From: Promethearchaeia archaeon
Lineage (GTDB): Archaea; Asgardarchaeota; Lokiarchaeia; Sigyniarchaeales; SOKP01
Reading direction: 5' to 3'
Assembly: GCA_029856045.1 (NCBI GenBank)
Contig: JAHQWG010000008.1
Location: 1 to 56,397 of the forward strand
DNA length: 56,397 nucleotides
A model generated the notes under the pieces. The model was not told the origin of the DNA. It made no database searches and saw nothing but the letters and a program-made list of their open reading frames with translations. How positions within the stretch are numbered: the first letter of the stretch is position 1; each line of letters starts with the position of its first letter. Positions 41,201 to 48,921 of this stretch are shown here, one piece after another. The position numbers and the translations under genes were made by a program.

Positions 41201-43145
41201 ATTCTGCTGAATAATCCCAAGATTCAACGATGGCTACTATATAGAGTTCAATATCTTCTACTTTTAAAATACTTAAATATCTTTTATACTGTTCCCAACC
41301 AACAGGTGATAGCGTAATTTGATGCATTTCACGAATTACATTAAATTCCGAGAACCAATTAGTTCTTGTGTTGTTATATCTTAATCCAAATTGATTTAAG
41401 AGTAAATGTATTGTAGTAAAATTATAATCAGAACCATTATTTATCATTAATATTGGAAGCATCATTTGGGAACTCAAGAGAGCTGAAATATCATATGCAT
41501 GTAAATTTGGAGGGCGATTAATTGAGTCTGTTAATTTAATTGAGTCTTGAGAATATATAAATCCGGGATATATTAATGGCGCTGGTAAATTCAAAGCATT
41601 ATATTGTTTTGCTGTAAAATAGTCTAGTAAAAAGTTATATGATGCAGATACATTGATTAATCCAGTACCCACGGCATTTTTATCATCAGAAATTTGAATA
41701 GTTGTACTTATCAAAGCATATCTTATTAACTCAGGTGTTGCTAATGGAAATGCTTCTAATAATAAGGCTATAGCACCACTTGTAACTGATGATGCCGCAC
41801 CTGTGCCACTGGCCATTGTATAATTACCATCGATTATAGATCCATATTCCGGTTGTGGAAATGTCCCTTCAGGGATATAAAAATCTGAATATCCAAAATC
41901 TTCAAGTGTATAACCTAAAATTGAAAAATTATCTAGAGAACCGGAAAATACCTTTGCTCTTGGACCAATAAGGTTTATACCAGGTGCGAGAATATCAGGA
42001 CACATTCTAAAGTCTAGTGAAGGACCTCTACTACTGAAGTCTGCAACATTATGATTGGAATGATTATATACACCAACTGTGATTGATTTTAATGCCATTC
42101 CAGGTGTATCTAAACTCATATAACTTCCTCCCTCATCTCCAGCGGGTGTAACTACAATAACGCCTTTCTCTACAACATTATTAATAGCCATAGAGACAGG
42201 ATCCATATAAAATCCAGGAATACTAGCACAAAATAGTAGAATATCAGCACCATGAGATAAAGACCATTCTATTCCTGAAATGATAAAAGACCAATAAGTA
42301 ATACCAATCGAATCATAAATTTTTACATTTAAATAGGATGCACCTGGAGCAACTCCCTTATATGAAGAATTATATTTACCTATCCCACAAGCAATTCCTG
42401 CATGAAAAGTGCCTCGCCCATTAAAATCAGTATAATATAATGGTTCTTCTGGCACCATAGAAACGGCACCTATTACTTTAGTTTTAAGAGTAATATTATC
42501 TTCAGCTGGGAAACCCAAATCGCCATCGTATTGACCTGTAAGATCTACCCCAGTATCTAATACAGAAATTATAATATTGGAACCATTATAACCCAAATCC
42601 CACAAATTTGTAGCACCAATAATCTCTGTAAAATTGCAAAATGAATTTGAACCTTGAAAATCAGCCTTTTTTATATAATTTTCACTATTTCCTATTAATT
42701 CAGCCTCACCATTCTCCCAAATTGAAATTACTTTTGAATAATCTGCATTTTTTTTAAGATCAGAGATAAAGCATTCCATTAATATACCATCAATTATCGT
42801 GTATTCCTTTTTAATTTCATATTTGATTTTATTCCCCTCTAAATATATTTTAAAATCAGTTAAAACTGATTTCTTTCCACTTGAATAATCAAATAGAATT
42901 ATTACTTCAATTTTTTTATCTTCTTCTAAGTTATTTTCAATTACATGAAAATATAATTCTTTTAATTTATCACTCAATTTTTCTATTGGATTTTTGAGAA
43001 TAACTGAATTATTTTTTCCTACAATGACATTTAAATCTGCTGATTTAGAGAGTACTAATAAATTTGAAAATAAAAAAATTGAAAAAATAAATAATGTTAG
43101 CAGATTGGTTTTATTTCTTTTTTTAATTGACGTCCATCTCCCCAT
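38280..43145 (-). CDS. Giant membrane-anchored S8 subtilase-like protein, catalytically degenerate, Site-1-protease-like architecture
   Basis: Signal/TM, prodomain, VLDTGVD; His motif NGRGTFH, oxyanion PAGDEG, Ser motif SGTGAA; GATase/DUF4350-like domain; C-terminal TM plus cytoplasmic tail. Confidence 0.85.
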   Translation of the reverse strand: MGRWTSIKKRNKTNLLTLFIFSIFLFSNLLVLSKSADLNVIVGKNNSVILKNPIEKLSDKLKELYFHVIENNLEEDKKIEVIILFDYSSGKKSVLTDFKIYLEGNKIKYEIKKEYTIIDGILMECFISDLKKNADYSKVISIWENGEAELIGNSENYIKKADFQGSNSFCNFTEIIGATNLWDLGYNGSNIIISVLDTGVDLTGQYDGDLGFPAEDNITLKTKVIGAVSMVPEEPLYYTDFNGRGTFHAGIACGIGKYNSSYKGVAPGASYLNVKIYDSIGITYWSFIISGIEWSLSHGADILLFCASIPGFYMDPVSMAINNVVEKGVIVVTPAGDEGGSYMSLDTPGMALKSITVGVYNHSNHNVADFSSRGPSLDFRMCPDILAPGINLIGPRAKVFSGSLDNFSILGYTLEDFGYSDFYIPEGTFPQPEYGSIIDGNYTMASGTGAASSVTSGAIALLLEAFPLATPELIRYALISTTIQISDDKNAVGTGLINVSASYNFLLDYFTAKQYNALNLPAPLIYPGFIYSQDSIKLTDSINRPPNLHAYDISALLSSQMMLPILMINNGSDYNFTTIHLLLNQFGLRYNNTRTNWFSEFNVIREMHQITLSPVGWEQYKRYLSILKVEDIELYIVAIVESWDYSAEYENDTYLFKNYTNRINAFKFNLYFFNLGITQINNLQLVSFFKADLFLNETAGNMTNYMEYNTASLDDICQYDENDELIYIYDENNNTYYDYTSNFTAIGFNSTSHNLSSWEIGNSTNLLIDLTQEDGSYNLANDSTYQQGLEDPGFAMIWDMAENFQPNDQINFTSILGTGIGTDNSSAYDALIDQMRLINSNITIYNNITDLIVLEVDFSRIGKLNERYESSVKIMNVGSTLINSTEVIFAINKTNEYGVLEVFSVIFLVENLKPFDILEFNANWTPTSVGVYTCGWILGLELIISLIGPDLGFFTANSDENIFNNYLVRNIFIIDYIQYQSWNLNSLFISPEKIDQIPFKIFFPGDLGIYNITIYSLTEISDLYVTIDDFGKQFCDFILLNFSAGLSDLLTGFGSKDDNQTDPAFSVDMTFNKTLNYDLVDPYFCIPLFVMAPPISRPGEIAFNISFYSQNVKFYDLLVNFTISDYRGRALFDVVHNNITLYMNGTDINFEWDERYDHPYGNFYGLRELWSNLEPKGATIVTLLPGIEYDLTALNFSSLTEDMEGTENLLGSILGGYYLENEVITTNNINHDIIQLFDVLILNDPESAYSINETEDIIEWVENGGVLVFFIENNTENNITTINNLLTKFNLTTSGYNSGNKFISSNNRTNLYNLFDGIGTIKLLDPVNIGKLNANSENVDLLCDYIGVATYGKGRVLAIGDKDMFGISGLESFSNSPFAVNIGKWAFNKFYDFNLSVVNNTVKTGDKIYLTANLLNYDEIKEYLDDDLFFISGFVYEDGTMINASLMGFEIPILPMFETQPGNFMVYFDTTWFDKTGDYYFVLLLDHPELAAETLTFKFTVIYQDPEPSYEEYEYPNPRYPHIFDIIAIILIILLSGMLWFYNFSKLKRRLSITPLEGKLLNQARTYINQANTLFKQMRLGIEMPDIKEIDKIRLLLSNRKRISLLLDDLKKFGEDIGEHY

Positions 43146-43155
43146 TTTTATTTAT

Positions 43156-44817
43156 TTATTTTTTTGCTTTATCTATTTTGGGTTTAACTGTTGAAACAAA
43201 AGTAAAGTAATCAATCATATCAATTGAGACCTTAATATCGACAGAATCTATAGCTATATGATTCTCTTCAAGTTTTGCCAAGATTACATCTATTAATTTT
43301 TCCCGTTTCATATTTGAGAGCAATCTAATTCGTTCACCACGTTGTATAACAAAATCAATCTCTTTAATATCTTTTAAAATATTGAGTATATCAAGTTGTA
43401 TAGTTTTAAATTCAATTTCTACGGCATAACCTTTTCCTGGCAGTTTATTTTTTAGCTCTTCAGGAGTTCCGAAATCGTAAAACCCTATATTTTTCAAAAA
43501 AATGGCTGCTTTATCACAATATTCAATTTCATCCAAATAATGAGAGATTACAACTAATGTAATATCATATTCTTTATTAATAAAATCCAAGTATTGCCAC
43601 AGTTCATATCGAGCTTGAGGATCAAGACCAGAAGTTGGTTCATCCAAGAAAATAACATGAGGATTATGTACCATAGAAATTGCTATACTGACTCTTCTTT
43701 TTTGACCACCAGAAAGTGAATCAACCGGTTGATTTGCAACAAGAGCAATTCCTAAATCCTCCAAGATCTTTTTGCCTCTTTGAATAATTATATCTTCAGG
43801 AATTCCGTATTGGCGACCGAAGCTTACTATATTTTCTAATGCATTAAAATTTCCATACATCCGGCTTAATTCCTGTGGAATATATCCAATAAAAGGGGAT
43901 ACCGTTTTAGTATCTCTTGCATTATATCCAAATAGATTAATTTTACCTTTATAATCATACTCTCCTAAAATTGCTTTTAATGTGGTGGACTTTCCAGCTC
44001 CAGATTCTCCAATAATTCCTAAAATTTCTCCACGATTTAATTCAAAATTTACATCATGAATTATAGTTTTACCTCCTAATTTAACCAATAAATCTTTAAC
44101 TTCTAACACTTTTTTAGAAAGAGAAAGTTCTTCACCAATTTGAAAAGTAATATTTTGGGGTTGAACTTTTCCAATATCCGACTTATTTGAAACTTGAATA
44201 ACCCAATCTTGTGAGACAAATTCCTTAAATTCTTCATTTAATGGATTTTCTCGGTCAAATGCATCAAGTACTTCTATGATAAATTCTCTATTTTCCACCT
44301 TTTTAATGGTTCCATAAACAACAACTTTTTCAGCTTTTTTTTCTGACAATAGAATTCCATCAATTAAACATGTAATTCGAAATTTTGGTAGGAAACTTTC
44401 TAACCACTCTATTGCGTTATGATATTCTTTACCTCTAAAAAAAATTAATTCTTGACGATCAACTTTAAAACTATTCCTTAAAACAAAAATACTTGGATAT
44501 AATAATAAACTTTCTTTAGTTTTTCTAAAGTTTCTTGGAATTTTTACTATATGTCTTCCAATGAGAATATTTTCAGACCCTAATTCACCTTCTTCTAACA
44601 ATAGATACAATTCATCAGTAAAAATTTGGGATGTAAATTTTCTCAATAATGTACCTTTTGCTTTTATGAATTCTGAGTTAAACCAAGTTCCTGTAACCTC
44701 AATGTCAATAATATAATTTTGCCGATCTCTAAGCCATAAAAAAATCTCATCAAATTGATTAGCTGAGAAGATTGCCTCCTCTATTAATTCCTCCACACCA
44801 ACTTTTCTTATCGTCAT
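43156..44817 (-). CDS. ABC-2-type ATPase with a ~230-aa N-terminal extension
   Basis: GESGAGKST, LSGGQ, FLDEPT, SH. Confidence 0.92.
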   Translation of the reverse strand: MTIRKVGVEELIEEAIFSANQFDEIFLWLRDRQNYIIDIEVTGTWFNSEFIKAKGTLLRKFTSQIFTDELYLLLEEGELGSENILIGRHIVKIPRNFRKTKESLLLYPSIFVLRNSFKVDRQELIFFRGKEYHNAIEWLESFLPKFRITCLIDGILLSEKKAEKVVVYGTIKKVENREFIIEVLDAFDRENPLNEEFKEFVSQDWVIQVSNKSDIGKVQPQNITFQIGEELSLSKKVLEVKDLLVKLGGKTIIHDVNFELNRGEILGIIGESGAGKSTTLKAILGEYDYKGKINLFGYNARDTKTVSPFIGYIPQELSRMYGNFNALENIVSFGRQYGIPEDIIIQRGKKILEDLGIALVANQPVDSLSGGQKRRVSIAISMVHNPHVIFLDEPTSGLDPQARYELWQYLDFINKEYDITLVVISHYLDEIEYCDKAAIFLKNIGFYDFGTPEELKNKLPGKGYAVEIEFKTIQLDILNILKDIKEIDFVIQRGERIRLLSNMKREKLIDVILAKLEENHIAIDSVDIKVSIDMIDYFTFVSTVKPKIDKAKK

Positions 44818-44860
44818 TTTTTATATTTTTTTTTAATTTTTTTCTAATAAAATTTTAAAT

Positions 44861-46033
44861 CTATAATAACACTTTTTTACGTTTGTAAAATATATATGCT
44901 GCAAGAAAGAATATAATACATTCACTAAATTGAATTAAATAATAAATATATTCAGATAAAGGAGATTGTCCTCGTAGGGCAATAGATACAATTAATAAAC
45001 TTGTATTAGCTAAAGGTAACAAACTTAAAATTAACTCATTTTGTACAAACAAAACTGCAATTATTTGAAAGAGAAAAACAAAAATGAATAGCTGCAGCGC
45101 TTCTAAGGGTTCTCTAGCTATTGAAGACATAAATAAACCATATATAATTCCTAATAAAGCGCATAAGAATAAAATCCAGAAAAAATCAAAAACCGATCCT
45201 CTAATTTGTAATCCAAGAAAATAAGATAATATTAAAAGAATTAGAATTAAAGATGTCATTAATGTTTGTAAAGAAATTAATTTTGATAGGATAATTTCAA
45301 ACTTATTAGCTGGTGTTAATGCTAATCTATCTTTAGGAATATCAGAAACAATTAATTGAGCACCCGTTAAAGATGCAATTGCAAATATAACCATTGGAAA
45401 AAATAATGAAACTCCTGAAAAAAGTTGTCTACCTGTTTCAGGAATATTTGCACGAGTAATTTCATAATCAAAAACTCCAGTAAAATTATTCTCTTCCTTA
45501 AAGTCTTCAATTATTACATCAATTATGGCTTGAGATGCTTGAAATCCTGACAATTCTAAAACATCTATTACTACAACTAGTATTGTTGGAAAATGAATTG
45601 ATAAATTATACTCAAACATCTCAGGAATTATTATATAAGCACTTATTATACCTTGACCTAACAAAATTTCCAATTTGGTTTGATTATTAGACTCTATTAT
45701 CTCCACCTCTTCAGCTTCTTCGTATTGCATGCATTTATTAACAAAAATTTTTGATAAATCAATATTTGGAAATCCTTCACTATTATCATTATCAATTAAC
45801 CCAATGGTTGGAATCTCAAGTCCTCCACCCATCATTGAAGCTAAGCCCCCACCTCCATCATCCCCTCCTGTGCCATTACCTCCAAATACCCCACCAAGAA
45901 ATAAAACTAAAAAAACTGGCAGAGCATAAATTATAAACATAGCAAAAATATCTTTCAATAATACTTTCAATTCTTTTATATAGAGCCCTCGAATTCTGAA
46001 AATACTCTTTTTTATTTCTTCCAGTTTCCCCAT
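44861..46033 (-). CDS. ABC-2 type permease
   Basis: KELKVLLKD start, one TM plus extracellular domain plus five TM. Confidence 0.85.
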   Translation of the reverse strand: MGKLEEIKKSIFRIRGLYIKELKVLLKDIFAMFIIYALPVFLVLFLGGVFGGNGTGGDDGGGGLASMMGGGLEIPTIGLIDNDNSEGFPNIDLSKIFVNKCMQYEEAEEVEIIESNNQTKLEILLGQGIISAYIIIPEMFEYNLSIHFPTILVVVIDVLELSGFQASQAIIDVIIEDFKEENNFTGVFDYEITRANIPETGRQLFSGVSLFFPMVIFAIASLTGAQLIVSDIPKDRLALTPANKFEIILSKLISLQTLMTSLILILLILSYFLGLQIRGSVFDFFWILFLCALLGIIYGLFMSSIAREPLEALQLFIFVFLFQIIAVLFVQNELILSLLPLANTSLLIVSIALRGQSPLSEYIYYLIQFSECIIFFLAAYIFYKRKKVLL

Positions 46034-46058
46034 TTATTTCACTTTTACTAAGATTTTT

Positions 46059-47192
46059 TCAAACAAACTCCTTTTTAATATATTGAAAATACACTATATT
46101 AATAACAAAAAAGAACAGCGTTATAATTGATAAATTTAACAGATTTGGCCAAATATCTAATAAAGTTTTACCTCTATATGCTAAATCCACAAACGCGGCA
46201 GTAGCTTGTTCTAATGGTAAAAAATTAACAATTGCTGGGATTCTCACAATTTGAGTTATTAACAACATCATTATAAAAAAGAATAGAAATAATTGTGAAG
46301 ATTGTAAGCGGCTAGAGCTAATAGAAGAAAAAAATACTCCAATAACTACACTATTCACAGCGAAAAGTAACAACATCAAAAACAATTCAATAAAAAGACA
46401 TCTATATTGAATTCCGAACACAAATTCCAAAAATAATAAAATCAATACTATTTGAAGTATAGCTAAAATTGAATAAGAGATAATCTTCCCAATAATTACT
46501 TCAAATCTAAATGTTGGAGTTGTTAATAATCTTTTAAGTGGTTTATCTCCTACAATACATTGCGTCGTAATTAAATTTATACATGCAAAAATCATTATTG
46601 AGACAAGAAATGGAGCTGCAATTTGTAATATATTTAATGATTCTACAGGTTTCATAACAGGGAAATAAAAAAGGTCAGACTCAAATTGTTGATTTATTAT
46701 TTGATAATGAACGGTCGCATCCATAATTGAAGCTTGAGCGGAAAAAGCACTAAAGAAATCAATAAAATCGATAAAAATTGGCAATTCTGTTGATTTATTG
46801 TTTTTTAAATTTTCAGAAAAATTTTCAATTAAAATAATATATGCTACAATTTCTTCGGTTGGTAATTTTTCCTTAGCTTGTTCCTCGAATTCTTCCGCAG
46901 TCATATTAAAATCTTCTTTTACTTTCACTGAAACTTCTGCAGTCGTATTATATTTAAATGTATCGATAAATTCTTGGGATTCATCAGAATCATCATAGTC
47001 GATAATATAAAGTTCTACCAGACCACCCATTAGAGAAAATTCTCCTATACCAATTAAAGTTATGACACAAATAGGAATTATAAATAAAATAACCATTGAG
47101 ACTTTATCTTTAACCAATGTATCTAATTCTTTCCTAATTAGAGAAAATATCCTTCGCCTACGCTCTTTTAAAGATCTAATATCGATACTCAT
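46059..47192 (-). CDS. ABC-2 type permease
   Basis: KELDTLVKDK, LKRLLTTP...EVIIGK. Confidence 0.87.
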   Translation of the reverse strand: MSIDIRSLKERRRRIFSLIRKELDTLVKDKVSMVILFIIPICVITLIGIGEFSLMGGLVELYIIDYDDSDESQEFIDTFKYNTTAEVSVKVKEDFNMTAEEFEEQAKEKLPTEEIVAYIILIENFSENLKNNKSTELPIFIDFIDFFSAFSAQASIMDATVHYQIINQQFESDLFYFPVMKPVESLNILQIAAPFLVSIMIFACINLITTQCIVGDKPLKRLLTTPTFRFEVIIGKIISYSILAILQIVLILLFLEFVFGIQYRCLFIELFLMLLLFAVNSVVIGVFFSSISSSRLQSSQLFLFFFIMMLLITQIVRIPAIVNFLPLEQATAAFVDLAYRGKTLLDIWPNLLNLSIITLFFFVINIVYFQYIKKEFV

Positions 47193-47309
47193 AATCTATT
47201 TCTATTATTCTCCTATAAAATAAAATAAAACAATAAGAATATAAATAAATATTCTAAAAATTTTAAATATAATAAGTGTTCAGTATTTCTTAAAATATTT
47301 CAAGTAAAT

Positions 47310-48320
47310 ATGTCCAAGATTAAAGCTTCTGGCAAAATTGATAATAAAAAAGATGAATATTCAGACTTTAGCCTAATTTTAGATAAAGTATATGCAAGTT
47401 ATGAGAGTGGAAAAAATGTTCTTGAAGATATATCATTTAGGGCTAAAAAAGGAGATATTCTTGGAATTATCGGAGGAAGTGGTGCCGGAAAAAGTACTTT
47501 GCTTCGCGCAATGACAGGTCAATTAGATAGAAAAATCTTACATAAAGGAAATGTAATAACTGCTGGTATAAATGTTTTAAAAAAAAGAGAAGAATTAATA
47601 AATAAGATTGGATATGTTCCACAACTAGAATATCTTTCATTATATTTTGAATTTAATGCTATAGATAATTGCATCTTTTTTGGAAAGAATTATCAATTAG
47701 ATAAAAATACAATTAGAGAGAATGCAAAAGAAATTTTAGAAGTTTTGGGGTTTGATGAAGAATTAATGCATAAACCAGTTAAAAGGTTATCTGGTGGAGA
47801 GAAAAAGAGAGTTAGTATAGCTGTTGGATTAATTAATACTCCAGAAATCTTATTTTTGGACGAACCAACCACAGGTTTAGATCCTCATCTTCGACTTGCA
47901 GTTTTAAATTTCTTATTAAAAATAAATAGAAAATATAACACAACTATTATAATTGTATCTCATAATCTTGAAATCTCTGATTACTGTGATTTAATTGCGG
48001 TTTTAATTAAAGGAAAATTAAGAAGTTTTGGTAGTGCTGATGGTATGATCCAATCACTTCCATCAGAGGGAAAAGTTATTTTATGCAAATTCAAATATCT
48101 TGATTTAAATCAAATTGAAGCAATTAAAGGGTTAAAAAACGTAGAATTTATATTGCATGCTGGAAGAAACCAAATTAAATTATTTTTAAAAGACTTTTCA
48201 CAATTCAGAAAAACCTATAACCAATTAATTGAGTTAAATCTTCCATTGTCATCTTTTTCAATAAAGCGAGGTAGCTTTATTGACTACTTTAGAATAATTG
48301 GAGAGAAGGTAATACAATAA
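47310..48320 (+). CDS. ABC-2-type ATPase, divergent from the permease operon
   Basis: GGSGAGKST, LSGGE, FLDEPT, SH. Confidence 0.93.
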   Translation: MSKIKASGKIDNKKDEYSDFSLILDKVYASYESGKNVLEDISFRAKKGDILGIIGGSGAGKSTLLRAMTGQLDRKILHKGNVITAGINVLKKREELINKIGYVPQLEYLSLYFEFNAIDNCIFFGKNYQLDKNTIRENAKEILEVLGFDEELMHKPVKRLSGGEKKRVSIAVGLINTPEILFLDEPTTGLDPHLRLAVLNFLLKINRKYNTTIIIVSHNLEISDYCDLIAVLIKGKLRSFGSADGMIQSLPSEGKVILCKFKYLDLNQIEAIKGLKNVEFILHAGRNQIKLFLKDFSQFRKTYNQLIELNLPLSSFSIKRGSFIDYFRIIGEKVIQ

Positions 48321-48321
48321 T

Positions 48322-48431
48322 GGGAGGGTAGTCTAGCTTGGTATGATTCTCGGTTCAAAGTAAATAAGAATAATATGCTTAAACTTGCCAAAGGAACCGA
48401 GCGATCGTGAGTTCAAATCTCACCCTTCCCA
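48322..48431 (+). tRNA. Intron-containing tRNA, most likely tRNA-Pro(CGG) with a 36-nt intron (48357-48392) at position 34/35
   Basis: Acceptor GGGAGGG/CCTTCCC plus A73; anticodon stem CTCGG/CCGAG; T-arm GTGAG-TTCAAAT-CTCAC; Pro-like GTCTAG..GGTATGATTCTCG body; short variable loop. The tRNA is clear, the isotype less so. Confidence 0.8.
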
Positions 48432-48495
48432 TTTATAAAGATATTTAGAAAAAAATAGAAGTTAATTCCAATAATTCATGAATTTAATATAATAA

Positions 48496-48780
48496 TCAAT
48501 CTTTAATTGTTTCTAGTAGGCTTATTAAGCGATAAATTATTGTGCGAGCATGGAATGGGCAATTTGGGTCAGTGCTTAAATCACCGATTAACGATAGTGC
48601 ATTACTAGCTAATACTGCTGGGGAATCATCGCCAGCTTTTAAATGTTCAAGAGATTTTTGAGCTTTTCTCTTTATATTACGTGGTACTGTGCGATCTTGA
48701 AGAAGCATGTCGATTAAAGTTGCAACGTCTGTAAAAGTTTCTCTTATCTCTTTTTTAAATTTACTCCATACATCGCTCAT
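48496..48780 (-). CDS. UPF0147 family protein (start at MSDVW preferred)
   Basis: DRTVPRNIKR, DPNCPFHART. Confidence 0.88.
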   Translation of the reverse strand: MSDVWSKFKKEIRETFTDVATLIDMLLQDRTVPRNIKRKAQKSLEHLKAGDDSPAVLASNALSLIGDLSTDPNCPFHARTIIYRLISLLETIKD

Positions 48781-48921
48781 ATATAATTCACCTATGTTGA
48801 TATCAAAAAGAGTATCCATCTACGACAATATATAAAATAAATTTTGAAATTTAACTTTTTTGATTTACTTATCTACTTACTACAATTTAAAGAATATAAA
48901 CTATTAAAAAAAATTGATAAC

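Noticed and set aside
48354-48360. tRNA-Leu(CAA) or tRNA-Sec(UCA) reading
   Set aside because: No long variable arm, ordinary 7/5 acceptor and T stems, and no BHB at 37/38
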